A stretch of 64,000 bases of DNA from an uncultured Mycoplasmatota bacterium (GCA_948467605.1 CAOKET010000003.1:9230-73229), one strand, 5' to 3'; positions 49,436 through 59,619 are shown, counted from the stretch's first letter. Program-made: numbers and translations. Notes: generated from the sequence alone by a model not told the origin.

Positions 49436-50308
49436 ATGTATATAGTAGTACAATTTGATATTAAACTAAGAAAAGAAGATAATTTTTCTCCGCTATTAGG
49501 AATTCAATTTATTCCAAATAAAAAAAATAAATTATTTTCTTTATTAATACAAGAGTATGGAATAATATGGTCTGAAAAGTATAAATGTTATATATTACCA
49601 GATATTGCCTATTTTAATCCAAATATATTAAAAGAATATAAAAATATAATAGATTTAACACTAAATAAAATAAAAGATAAACAAATAGATCAAAAAATAA
49701 TAGAAAGAGAACTTAACCAAAGTTATTACACAAAACCACATTTGGCTAACTTTCTATCAGATTATATTAATAATACAAGTGATGAAAATTCTATCTTATT
49801 AGATCCATCTTGTGGAACTGGAAATCTTACAGATAATGTTAATATACCTAAAAAAAATATATATTTAGTTGAACCAGATAAAACATGCATTAATATTTTA
49901 AGAGAAAAAGGATACTCTAATATAATTACATCAACGTTCCAAGAATTTTTAACCAAAGGTAATTATCCAGAGTTTACTCATGTAATAATGAATCCACCAT
50001 TTAAAAATAGACAAGATTTATACTTCTTTAATGAATGTTTTAAATTATTAAAAGATGGTTGTATAATTGCAGCAGTAATATCAGAAAATTCAATTTATGA
50101 AGAATTACAACCATTAGGATATACATTTAATACAGATTTACCAAATAGTAATAAATATAATAACTTTGACAACATATCAGAATTATTACAAGAATTTATA
50201 AATAATATTAGAAATATAACACAGTGTTTTATGGATATAACAGATTCATTTTACAATACAAGTGCAAGAAGTTATTATTTACTAGCAAAAAAATGTAAAA
50301 CAAAATAA
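49436..50308 (+). CDS. Class I SAM-dependent methyltransferase with an NPPF motif (N6-adenine/N2-guanine type); orphan
   Basis: Motif I LLDPSCGTGNLT and motif IV VIMNPPF. RBS AAGGGGGAA. Confidence 0.6.
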   Translation: MYIVVQFDIKLRKEDNFSPLLGIQFIPNKKNKLFSLLIQEYGIIWSEKYKCYILPDIAYFNPNILKEYKNIIDLTLNKIKDKQIDQKIIERELNQSYYTKPHLANFLSDYINNTSDENSILLDPSCGTGNLTDNVNIPKKNIYLVEPDKTCINILREKGYSNIITSTFQEFLTKGNYPEFTHVIMNPPFKNRQDLYFFNECFKLLKDGCIIAAVISENSIYEELQPLGYTFNTDLPNSNKYNNFDNISELLQEFINNIRNITQCFMDITDSFYNTSARSYYLLAKKCKTK

Positions 50309-50705
50309 ATAAAGAAATATATTTAGTTTCATTTTTAAACAATAATATAATTGATGAAAATTTTGACTATTATTGTAATATAGAATTAAAAATTTATAGT
50401 TTTTTAAATGATAAAGGAGAGTTTCCATTTTTAGATGAAGTTTAATAATAAATATTTTGTTATAGAGGTAAATTTATGTCAGAAACATGTTATGATAATT
50501 AGGAATATCCAAGGATGAACAGAAGAATAAATAAAAGAAGCATATAGAAAAACTGTATAAATGATTTATATGGCATTTCTTTTAGTAAAAATAATGATAC
50601 AGAAAAGAAAATGATGTAATCTGGTTAATTAATATTAAAACCAGATTTTTTTGCTACAAATTATTACAAATATTAGAAGTACAATTATAAATAGAGGGTG
50701 ATACT

Positions 50706-51962
50706 ATGGTAAAAAAATATACCATTATTTTAATACTTTTTATAAATATAATTTTAATAACAGGATGTAATAATATTAAAGATAAAAAAATAAAAGAAAA
50801 AGAAGTAGTTGAAGATGAATATATAGAAATAATACCAGATAATGCAATAAAATTCATTGAAAATCTTGATAATAGTATTATTTTAAGTACAGATGAAATT
50901 AAAGAATATAATAAAAAGATCAAAGAAAAAACTACTTTTATTTTTGATTTAAATAGTATCACTAATTTAACTAAAGAAGATGTCCTAAATTATATAAATT
51001 CATATACTATCCCAAAATTGCCTAAATATAATGGTAATAACAAAGTAACTCAAAATGATATAAAAGTTATACTAGATAATAGAAATATCGAAGGAATAAA
51101 GAATAATATAGAAATAAAAAAAGGTATTATAGTAAAAAGAAGTAATCTAAAATCTTTTCCAACAGACATTAATTTTTTTAGTCGTAAAGGTATTAATAAT
51201 TTTGATAGTTTACAAGAAACAGAATTAACAATAAATACCCCTATATTAATAGTACATGAAAGTAAAGATAAAATGTGGAATTTTGTTATATCTCCTATAT
51301 ATGTTGGATGGGTAAAAAATGATACAATAGCACTTGCTACTGATGATGATATTAATTATTTTATAAATAATACTTCATTTGGTGTAATAACAGAAGCAAG
51401 TTTAAAAATTGATGATTTAATCTTAGATATGGGTGTAAAACTGCCATATATAGGTGTATCAAAGAATAATTATCAGTTTGTAATCCCTGTTAAAGGTGAT
51501 AATAATTATGCCAAAAAGAAAGTAATTAGTATACCAAGAACTAAAGCACATATTGGGTATTTGCCATATACTAAAAGAAATGTCATAATACAAGCATTTA
51601 AATATGAAGGTATGGATTATAGTTGGGCTGGTATGAATGAAAGTGTTGATTGTTCAAGTTATATATTAAATGTTTATAAGACATTTGGTTTTACATTTCC
51701 TAGAAATACTGTAAATCAAAGGGATAGTGTAGGTAATATTACATGGCTAAATGGAAAAACAAATACTGAAAAATTAAGTATAATTTCTGATAAAAAAGTA
51801 TCTCTTATTTATCAGATAGGACATGTTATGCTATATCTAGGTACTAAAGAAGATAAACATTACATAATACATGCATCAGGTGATGATATGAAGATTGTAG
51901 TAACTGATTTAAACTCAAGAACATATCTATCTAAAATAGATAGAGTAATTACAATACCCTAA
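50706..51962 (+). CDS. NlpC/P60 (C40) cell-wall peptidase lipoprotein
   Basis: Lipobox ...LITGCNN.... The C-terminal catalytic Cys DCSSYILNVY and His GHVMLYLG...HIIHASG are present. Confidence 0.65.
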   Translation: MVKKYTIILILFINIILITGCNNIKDKKIKEKEVVEDEYIEIIPDNAIKFIENLDNSIILSTDEIKEYNKKIKEKTTFIFDLNSITNLTKEDVLNYINSYTIPKLPKYNGNNKVTQNDIKVILDNRNIEGIKNNIEIKKGIIVKRSNLKSFPTDINFFSRKGINNFDSLQETELTINTPILIVHESKDKMWNFVISPIYVGWVKNDTIALATDDDINYFINNTSFGVITEASLKIDDLILDMGVKLPYIGVSKNNYQFVIPVKGDNNYAKKKVISIPRTKAHIGYLPYTKRNVIIQAFKYEGMDYSWAGMNESVDCSSYILNVYKTFGFTFPRNTVNQRDSVGNITWLNGKTNTEKLSIISDKKVSLIYQIGHVMLYLGTKEDKHYIIHASGDDMKIVVTDLNSRTYLSKIDRVITIP

Positions 51963-51982
51963 ACTATTTTAAAATTTTAATA

Positions 51983-52012
51983 TTGACAAGCGTAAAAAAT
52001 ACGCGTATATTA
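51983..52012 (+). promoter_or_regulatory. Promoter TTGACA-17-TATATT with a 15-bp perfect palindrome GCGTAAAAAATACGC (51990-52004) in the spacer (candidate NrtR operator 1)
   Basis: A perfect -35. The inverted repeat is embedded between -35 and -10 of the NrtR-like gene. Confidence 0.6.
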
Positions 52013-52028
52013 TAATTGTGGTGATAAT

Positions 52029-52703
52029 ATGACAGTAGATAATCCACTATATAAAAACCAAGGTATTCACATTATTACATCAATATTCACTGTTGAATCG
52101 GGAATTACTAAAGTTCTACTTATAAAAAGAAAGAATGAACCATATAAAGATATGTGGGCTTTAGTAGGAGGAGCATTATATAATAATGAAGATCTTATGG
52201 ATGGAGTATATAGAGAAATATATGAAAAAACAGGTATAAAAGATATTGATATATATTTTTCTAATGTATTTGGTAAAAAGGATAGATCCCCAGTAATGAG
52301 AATGGTGGCCACGTCTTTTATTGGAGTTATTGATAGCAAAAAAGCATCAATATTAAAGGAAACCTTAAAAACATCTGATGCCTCTTGGTTTAAGTTAGAT
52401 GAAATTCCACCACTAGCATATGATCATAATGAAATTTTAACAGATGGAATAAATTGTTTAAAAGAAAGTATTTTAAGTACAAATATATTAAAATCATTAT
52501 TTCCAGATGGATTTACAATTTCAGAAATACAAAAAACATACGAAATAATATTGAATACAAAATTTGACAGAAGAAATTTTAGAAAAAAATTGCTGAATAC
52601 AAATTTAATATTTGATACAAATAAAACAAAGATATTTGAAGGTACTAAACCATCAAAAATATATAAATTTAATAAAAATTGTGATTTAAAAGATGTATTC
52701 TAA
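52029..52703 (+). CDS. nrtR: NrtR-family regulator (Nudix domain plus C-terminal winged HTH); putative ADP-ribose-responsive repressor
   Basis: A slightly degenerate Nudix box GGALYNNEDLMDGVYREIYEKTG. The C-terminal ...FTISEIQKTYEIILNTKFDRRNFRKKLL... resembles the NrtR DNA-binding domain. Confidence 0.65.
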   Translation: MTVDNPLYKNQGIHIITSIFTVESGITKVLLIKRKNEPYKDMWALVGGALYNNEDLMDGVYREIYEKTGIKDIDIYFSNVFGKKDRSPVMRMVATSFIGVIDSKKASILKETLKTSDASWFKLDEIPPLAYDHNEILTDGINCLKESILSTNILKSLFPDGFTISEIQKTYEIILNTKFDRRNFRKKLLNTNLIFDTNKTKIFEGTKPSKIYKFNKNCDLKDVF

Positions 52704-52725
52704 TACATTTTTTCTAAAAAATTAC

Positions 52726-52746
52726 CAAGTGTAAAAAATACGCTTG
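52726..52746 (+). promoter_or_regulatory. Candidate NrtR operator 2: 21-bp near-perfect palindrome CAAGTGTAAAAAATACGCTTG
   Basis: The same half-sites as operator 1. It lies 15 nt upstream of the kinase gene start. Confidence 0.55.
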
Positions 52747-52760
52747 TATAGGAGGAATTT

Positions 52761-53582
52761 ATGATAAAAAGTAATACTATATTTAGTGAAAAACAAAAAT
52801 CAGATAATGCATCTTATGACGAATATTTAAATCAAATATTTGAATCTCATCCAGAATTATTAACAAGATTAATGGAATTAAACAGAAAAAAAGAAGAAAT
52901 ACAAGAATTAAAATATAAATATGGAAACTTGCCATATCCAGTTGTAATTACAGTAAGTGGAACTCCTAGATCGGGAAAAACAACATGTATAGATAATTTG
53001 TTTGAGTTTTTTAAAAAGTGTAATTTAAGAACAACATGTTTAGAAGAACCAGCTGGGTTAATATATCAAACCCTAAAAACAAAAGAAGAAAAAAAACAAT
53101 TATTAAAGGACAGAATTGGCTTTGTAGAAAGACAATTTGAACTTGGAAATAAACACATAAATAGAAATTTAAATGAAAATGATATTATTATTTGCGATAG
53201 GGGAATAATTGATACATTTATTTGGTATGACATGTATTATAAGTTAAATATGATGGATAAGGCAAGATATAATAACTATTTTAAAAAATTAGATGAAGTA
53301 AGACAATATTGTAACTATTTCTTTGCATTATTCTCATCAAGCAATGAAGCTATTACAAGAGATTATATTAATTCATTATCTATTGAACCAAGGACTACAA
53401 TGAGCAAAGATAATATCGAAAACTATAATAACTCTTTAATGAATTGTTTATCGATTCTTTCATCAAATGTAGATTATTTACAATTTATAGATACTACAAA
53501 ATGTGATAGAATGGAAGCATCGATACTAGCGGCAAGTAGTATATCTGAAGAGATAAAAAAAATATATTTAAAAAGGAGATAA
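52761..53582 (+). CDS. P-loop kinase, nicotinamide riboside kinase-like (uridine kinase/NRK superfamily)
   Basis: The P-loop VVITVSGTPRSGKTT parallels GISGVTNSGKTT of the NRK/Udk family. It lies downstream of the NrtR-type operator. Confidence 0.5.
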   Translation: MIKSNTIFSEKQKSDNASYDEYLNQIFESHPELLTRLMELNRKKEEIQELKYKYGNLPYPVVITVSGTPRSGKTTCIDNLFEFFKKCNLRTTCLEEPAGLIYQTLKTKEEKKQLLKDRIGFVERQFELGNKHINRNLNENDIIICDRGIIDTFIWYDMYYKLNMMDKARYNNYFKKLDEVRQYCNYFFALFSSSNEAITRDYINSLSIEPRTTMSKDNIENYNNSLMNCLSILSSNVDYLQFIDTTKCDRMEASILAASSISEEIKKIYLKRR

Positions 53583-53583
53583 T

Positions 53584-54054
53584 ATGTATTTTATAGATAA
53601 AATAAAACAAGAATTTAAAAATGATAAACTATGTATATTTGCCGATATGGATGGTGTAATTACAGATTATAACTTTGGAAAACCTTTTAATTTTAAATTA
53701 AAAAGACCAATATTAACAAATATTAATACAATAAAACAATTATCTGAAATGAATAATGTAGAACTATACATACTGTCTATTTGTAAGAAAGATTACCAAA
53801 TAAGTGAAAAAAACGAATGGTTAGATAAGTATGCACCATTTTTTAATAAGAATATGAGAATTATTATTTCAAAAGAATCTAACCCTAATCTTACTAGTAA
53901 AGAACTAAAATGTAATTTTCTAAAAGGATTTATAATAGAAAATAAAGACAGTAAAGTAATACTAATAGATGATGATAATGATATACTAAAATATTTATTA
54001 GATAATATTGGAAATGAAATAACATTGTACCAAGATTCATCAATAATTGATTGA
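53584..54054 (+). CDS. HAD-superfamily 5'(3')-nucleotidase (NT5C-like)
   Basis: HAD motif I CIFADMDGVITDY. About 156 aa, as in the NT5C family. Confidence 0.6.
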   Translation: MYFIDKIKQEFKNDKLCIFADMDGVITDYNFGKPFNFKLKRPILTNINTIKQLSEMNNVELYILSICKKDYQISEKNEWLDKYAPFFNKNMRIIISKESNPNLTSKELKCNFLKGFIIENKDSKVILIDDDNDILKYLLDNIGNEITLYQDSSIID

Positions 54055-54111
54055 TATTATTATAAAATAACATTATAATTAATAATAGTTAATGTAATCT
54101 AAGGAGTATTT

Positions 54112-55869
54112 ATGAGAACAGAGTGGAATTTAAAATGCTTATATGAAGATGAAAAAAGTTGGGAAAAAGATTATAATTTTTGTGAAAAAATGATACAAAA
54201 ATTAGATTTATTAAAAAATGAATTTATAGATAATATAAAAAAATTTAGAGAATTTATAACCTTAAAAATATCGATTATTGTTTTAATAGAAAAATTATAT
54301 TGTTATTCTAGAAGACATTTAGATATTGATAGTACATTACAAGAATATAGTAAGTTATAAAAAAAAGCACTAGATTTATATAATAGTATGCAACTTATAA
54401 ATAATTATTTTGAATAGATGATAGTAAATAATACTGATAAAGTATATGAGTATTTACAAGATAATACTTTAAACAAATATAAAAGATATATAAGTTTAAT
54501 TATAAGAAGAAAAGAACATATTATAGATACTATATATGCAAAAGACATTTATCCTAATTATAAAAAGAATATGGAAACTTTAAAAACTGAATATCAGGAT
54601 TTATTTACTAATAAAATTAGTTTTAATGATGTTAAGTTAAATGGAACTAAGGTAAATGTAAATAGAGAAAACTATAATGATTTAATTATAGACAAAAATC
54701 AAAATACAAGAAAATCAGTATATGATATATATACATTTGCATTTGCAAATATAAGTGATATATTAGGTGATATGTATATTAAAAAGTTAGAATTAGACTT
54801 AATGGTTTCTAAGAAAGAAAAATATAATTCTTTATTATCTAAAAAATTATTTGAATTAGAATTACCAGATGAAATACTAGATAAATTAATAAGTACTATT
54901 AATAAAAATTTACATGTAATGCATGAATATACAGATTTAAGAAAACAATTATCAGGATTAAAAGAGTTCCACGTGTATGATTCATCTATTTCACTATGTA
55001 AAATACCAAAGATAGAATATGAATTAATAGATGCCATAAATATTATAAAATCAAGTTTATCTATATTAGGCAATGATTACATATCGATAATAGATAAAAT
55101 GTTTGATGAAGGTTGGGTTGATGTATATAGTAAAGTTAATAAAAGAACTATGTCATTTACTTGTATTTCATATGTAGGAGTACCCTATATATTAATAAAT
55201 TATAACAAATCTATAAACTCTGTAAGAACATTGGCACATGAAATAGGTCATGCAATACATGTCTATTATTCAAAAAATAACAACGATTTTGAATACTTTG
55301 AATTTAGTTATTTTTTAACAGAAATAGCATCTAAAGTAAATGAAACATTATTTAATGAATACATGATAAAAAATTGTAGTGATATAGAAGAGAAAAAATA
55401 TATTTTGAATAATATAATAAGTAGTATTGGAAACTCAATATTTGGTCAAACTATGCTTACTGAGTTTGAGCATACTGTTATAAAACGTTTAGAAAAGGAA
55501 GAAAAAGTTGATACTAATTATCTAAATGATTTATATTTAGAAATAAATAAAAAATATAATGGTAAATCATTAACAATTGATGATAATATAAAATATGGTT
55601 GGTCAAAAATTCCTCACTTTATAATGCAAGATACTTACTATATATATCAATACTCTATAGGTACATCTATTGCAGTATATATAGCATATAAAATATTAAA
55701 TAATGAAAATAATATGAAAGAAAAATATCTTAAATTTTTAAAACTAGGAAACAGTGTAAGTATAGAAGATGCCCTAAAAGTAATAGATGTAGATCTAAGA
55801 GATGGAAAATATATAGAGGATGCAATTAAAGTATTAAGTGAAAAAATAAAAGAAATGAAAAACTTGTAA
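54112..55869 (+). pseudogene. pepF: Oligoendopeptidase F (M3B, PepF-like) interrupted by two in-frame stop codons (TAA 54358-54360 and TAG 54415-54417)
   Basis: The ORFs at 54112..54360 and 54418..55869 are in the same frame. The N-terminal piece has PepF-like ...EWNLKCLYEDEKSWEKD.... The C-terminal piece has the HExxH motif HEIGHAIH. Confidence 0.55.
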
Positions 55870-55891
55870 ATAAAATCTACAAGTTTTTTTA
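55861..55891. terminator. Bidirectional terminator between pepF and the convergent minus-strand gene
   Basis: CTTGTA...TACAAG followed by T7. Confidence 0.5.
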
Positions 55892-56815
55892 CATATGATA
55901 ACTTAATGGTCTTTTTTGTATTCCTAGTGTTTCAATTGATTCATGATTTATTTGATTATCTTGACCATTAATAAAGTTTAAATAATCAATATAAGTATAA
56001 TTAGTAGTATATTTATTATCTTTATTTTGCTCATAATATAGCCCATTTCTATAAGATAAAGCAAATCCATCAAAATAATTTTTTATATTTTCTTGATTAA
56101 ATTCTATGCAACCATTTTGTAGTAATTGATATGCAAGTTGCATTCTAGAATTATTCATAATCATAAATGTACCAGGATTACAACTAACAAGACCAACAAT
56201 TCCAATTCTTTGTAGAATATTTTGACTTAAATTAAAGAACTGCGAATAGGTACAATCTATTAAATACTCCTTATTATTAATTGTTACTATAACAAAATAA
56301 TGATACCCATGCCCATCTAATAGATTAGCCTCTTCACTAAATCCAGGACTTATTTTCACTAATCTAGATTTAATACCTAAACTGTTGCATAAGTTATTTA
56401 TAAAAGTACTTACAATCTTACAATTGTTTGTTAAATCAATATCATTTATATTACAATAAGAATTACTATCAACAATAAATTTTCTAGCAATATATACAAT
56501 TTTATCTAGAATCTCTTTAACTGAAGAACATGTATCAAAAGAATCATCTAAATCAAAATTAGAATCCAATTTAATATTTGTTAGTGGAAACTTTCTAAGT
56601 AGGCTTTCACATAATATAAGTTCATTTATTAAAAATTGATATGAACTATCTATTTTACCATTAACAAAAAAATATGGACAAATGCCTTTTATAAACTCAT
56701 ATATTTCAATCATATTTGAACTTAAAATACTACTTTGATTTTGATATCTTTCAAAATTCATTTTAAGTCTACTAAATTTTTCTAAACAAACTTCAATATA
56801 GTTATATGGTTCCAT
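55889..56815 (-). CDS. Transglutaminase-like cysteine protease superfamily protein
   Basis: A putative Cys-His-Asp triad: ...INNLCNSLGIKSRLV..., ...GHGYHYF..., ...YLIDCT.... Confidence 0.5.
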   Translation of the reverse strand: MEPYNYIEVCLEKFSRLKMNFERYQNQSSILSSNMIEIYEFIKGICPYFFVNGKIDSSYQFLINELILCESLLRKFPLTNIKLDSNFDLDDSFDTCSSVKEILDKIVYIARKFIVDSNSYCNINDIDLTNNCKIVSTFINNLCNSLGIKSRLVKISPGFSEEANLLDGHGYHYFVIVTINNKEYLIDCTYSQFFNLSQNILQRIGIVGLVSCNPGTFMIMNNSRMQLAYQLLQNGCIEFNQENIKNYFDGFALSYRNGLYYEQNKDNKYTTNYTYIDYLNFINGQDNQINHESIETLGIQKRPLSYHM

Positions 56816-56988
56816 AGTAAACCCTCCAAATAATTTTATCTTATAATATTATATATTCTAATAAAAATCAATATATTAGATATTAATGATTTTATGAATA
56901 ATATATATATAATATGAATAAATGTTATTATTTTTTTAAATTTGTGATATAATACAATACATATATTTTTTTAGGGGTGAAAATAATT

Positions 56989-58407
56989 ATGTATAATGAT
57001 AAAAAACTATGTGTATTTTATAAAAAGCTTGACGATACATATGACGATATTATTAATTTAGGTGAAATTAGTACAAAAATATATAGATGGATATATGACA
57101 ATTTATATAGATTTTATCTTATTAAAGGTGAAAATAAAAAGGCACAATTTATATTAAATTTTTATGAAAACCAGTTAGAAAGAAGAAAACAAGAAAAAGA
57201 GAGTCACTTTCTTGATAGATTACAAGAAATATATCAATATTATATGAAAACAAATATAATACCTATACATGATAAAGATGCTTACTTTTCTGATGGAGTA
57301 AGTATGAAAGGTTGGTTAAATAGGCATTTATTTGAATTAGAAAAATTAAGTAAGTGTAACCAAATTGCAAAACTAATTATAGATAGTAATAAAGTTACTG
57401 AAGAGGTAAAAAATTTAAATTTAAATAGTAGAATAGATGAACTTTATGCCTACTTTAATAGTAAAACAAGTGGAAATCAAATAGATGTAAAAGATTCATT
57501 TAGTGATAATATAAATATAATTAATTGGTTAGATAAAAATATTTCAAGATTATATGAATTAAGTAATGCAGACCTAAAAATGATAATTGTTATTAATTTT
57601 TATATTAATACTAAAAGGAAGAAAAATATACTTGATAAAGATACAATAAAGAAGTTGAGTGAACTGTATTTATATGTATTAAAAAATGAACTTTTACCAA
57701 AATGTGATTCAGAAGAAAAGTTTAGTGATGGAAGTAATATTAGAAAATGGTTTGATAGTAATTTAGATATTTTAAATAGTGTTAAATGTAATAATTTATA
57801 TGCTAATGCTATATTAGCGGTGTATAGAATAGAAAATAAAAAAAATAATTTTTTTAAAATTAATCTATCAAAAATAGATGAGGTTTATAATATATGTAAA
57901 AATAAACCAATATATTATATTTTTAAAAATAATATCAAGTTTGAAGATGGAACAGATATGAGTTCATGGATTAAAACAAATATTGGACTATTAGAAGAAT
58001 TAAAAGAAAAAAACAAAAAAGCAAGAAAAATATTAGATAGTATAAATGAATATAATATTCTTAATAAAAAACTAGAACAAATAGAATGTCTTAAAAAGAG
58101 TTTAGAATTTAATAAAAAAATATTAGGAATTTATAACTATTGTGTTTCAAAAAAAAGTTTGCCTACTAGATATAGTGATTGTAAACTAAATAACGGATAT
58201 AGTATGGGATGTTGGTTAAATAATAATAAATTTAAAATATGGGATGAAAGATTTAGAAATCCATATTGTTTAAAACTAATCAAAGAGATACTAGAAATAA
58301 ATCCTGAATTTTTTACAAAAACAAATAGTTGTGATAATACTAAAACAACATATAATAAAATTTCTACTAAAAGAATAAAATTATTAATAAATAGTAGAAA
58401 ATTATAA
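56989..58407 (+). CDS. Tandem-repeat protein with ~60-aa repeats (FSDG..M..WL motif), possibly helicase-associated (HA) domain-like; paralog A
   Basis: Five repeats of the form ...Y.YY.K...LP......FSDGS/T.M..WL..N...L.....N. The ORF track starts at the GTG at 56977; the ATG at 56989 has proper RBS spacing. Confidence 0.5.
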   Translation: MYNDKKLCVFYKKLDDTYDDIINLGEISTKIYRWIYDNLYRFYLIKGENKKAQFILNFYENQLERRKQEKESHFLDRLQEIYQYYMKTNIIPIHDKDAYFSDGVSMKGWLNRHLFELEKLSKCNQIAKLIIDSNKVTEEVKNLNLNSRIDELYAYFNSKTSGNQIDVKDSFSDNINIINWLDKNISRLYELSNADLKMIIVINFYINTKRKKNILDKDTIKKLSELYLYVLKNELLPKCDSEEKFSDGSNIRKWFDSNLDILNSVKCNNLYANAILAVYRIENKKNNFFKINLSKIDEVYNICKNKPIYYIFKNNIKFEDGTDMSSWIKTNIGLLEELKEKNKKARKILDSINEYNILNKKLEQIECLKKSLEFNKKILGIYNYCVSKKSLPTRYSDCKLNNGYSMGCWLNNNKFKIWDERFRNPYCLKLIKEILEINPEFFTKTNSCDNTKTTYNKISTKRIKLLINSRKL

Positions 58408-58416
58408 GGTGTATAT

Positions 58417-59583
58417 ATGGATGATAATTTTAGAAAACCTCAAAAATATTCAATAAAATTTTATTTAAAACTAGATTATTTATATGAAATGCTTAAAAAT
58501 GATAAAAATTATCTAGAAGATGTAGATACTAAGCGTTTTTATGATGGTACTAAAATTTCTAATTGGTTAAAAGATAATTTATATAAATTAGAAAGACTTA
58601 AAGACGAAAATATAAAAGCAAAGTATATATTAGATATTATAAACAATAAAAAAAATGATGGAAAACCACAAAAATTTTATAAAAAATTAGAAGAAGTATA
58701 TAAGTATTATTTAAAAACAGGTACACTTCCAACTTTTAGTGAAAAAATTTTGTTTGAAGATAAAACTAATATGTATAATTGGTTAATAAGTTATATGATT
58801 AAATTAGAATTAATAAGAGACGAAAATAAAATGGCAAATGCTATATTAACGGAATATAGAAAAAGTGACATGCGAGAAAATAATTTTAATGAAAAATTAA
58901 AACAGGTATATGAGAGTTTTAAAAATAATGATGGTTTAAACTCCAATCAAGTTATGTTATTTAGTGATGGAACCAGTATTAATAACTGGATAAAAACATA
59001 TAGTAATAGAATGCGTGAAATAAAAGATGAAAACGAAATGGCCTATGCTATATTAAGTATTATAGATGAAAGGAATAAGGAACAACAACATAAAGCTTTT
59101 AATGAAAAAGCAGAAGAAATATATGAGTATTATCTAAGAACTGATGATTTATTAATGGAAGGAAAAAGTGCAAAATTTAAAAATGAAATGAGATATAAAA
59201 ATTGGCTTATTAATATGTGGAATTTAAAAACATTAAAGAACATGAATAAAAGGGTATATAAATTAGCACTAGCACAACTTCTTAATAAAAGTTTATTGTA
59301 TGATAAAAAACTACTTGAAACATATAAATATTGCATAACTACAGGTAGAATACCAAATGAATATACTAAAAGTAAATTTACTAATGGACATGATATGGGA
59401 ACATGGTTAAGAAATAATAAGTATTTTATTTGGGTAAAAAAGAAAAATAATCCATATTGTATGTTGTTGGTTAAAGCAATATTAGAAATAAAACCTAAAT
59501 ATTTTAATTGTTATATTAGTGATAAAGAAGATAAATTAACAACAAGTAAACAAAATAAAGTATTATTTAAAATAAGAAAATGA
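58417..59583 (+). CDS. Tandem-repeat protein, paralog B
   Basis: The same repeat architecture. The C-terminus (...RNPYCMLLVKAILEIKPKYF) parallels paralog A. Confidence 0.5.
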   Translation: MDDNFRKPQKYSIKFYLKLDYLYEMLKNDKNYLEDVDTKRFYDGTKISNWLKDNLYKLERLKDENIKAKYILDIINNKKNDGKPQKFYKKLEEVYKYYLKTGTLPTFSEKILFEDKTNMYNWLISYMIKLELIRDENKMANAILTEYRKSDMRENNFNEKLKQVYESFKNNDGLNSNQVMLFSDGTSINNWIKTYSNRMREIKDENEMAYAILSIIDERNKEQQHKAFNEKAEEIYEYYLRTDDLLMEGKSAKFKNEMRYKNWLINMWNLKTLKNMNKRVYKLALAQLLNKSLLYDKKLLETYKYCITTGRIPNEYTKSKFTNGHDMGTWLRNNKYFIWVKKKNNPYCMLLVKAILEIKPKYFNCYISDKEDKLTTSKQNKVLFKIRK

Positions 59584-59619
59584 TATTGATATGTGATATA
59601 ATTTTAAATGGAGGAAATT

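Noticed and set aside
50561-50652. 17-aa ORF MIYMAFLLVKIMIQKRK immediately followed by a strong terminator hairpin (ATCTGGTT...AACCAGAT plus T7)
   Set aside because: No recognisable Shine-Dalgarno upstream. The hairpin is a convincing terminator (50621-50652), but the peptide may be coincidental. It is kept only as a low-priority candidate small gene or 3' end of an unannotated sRNA.
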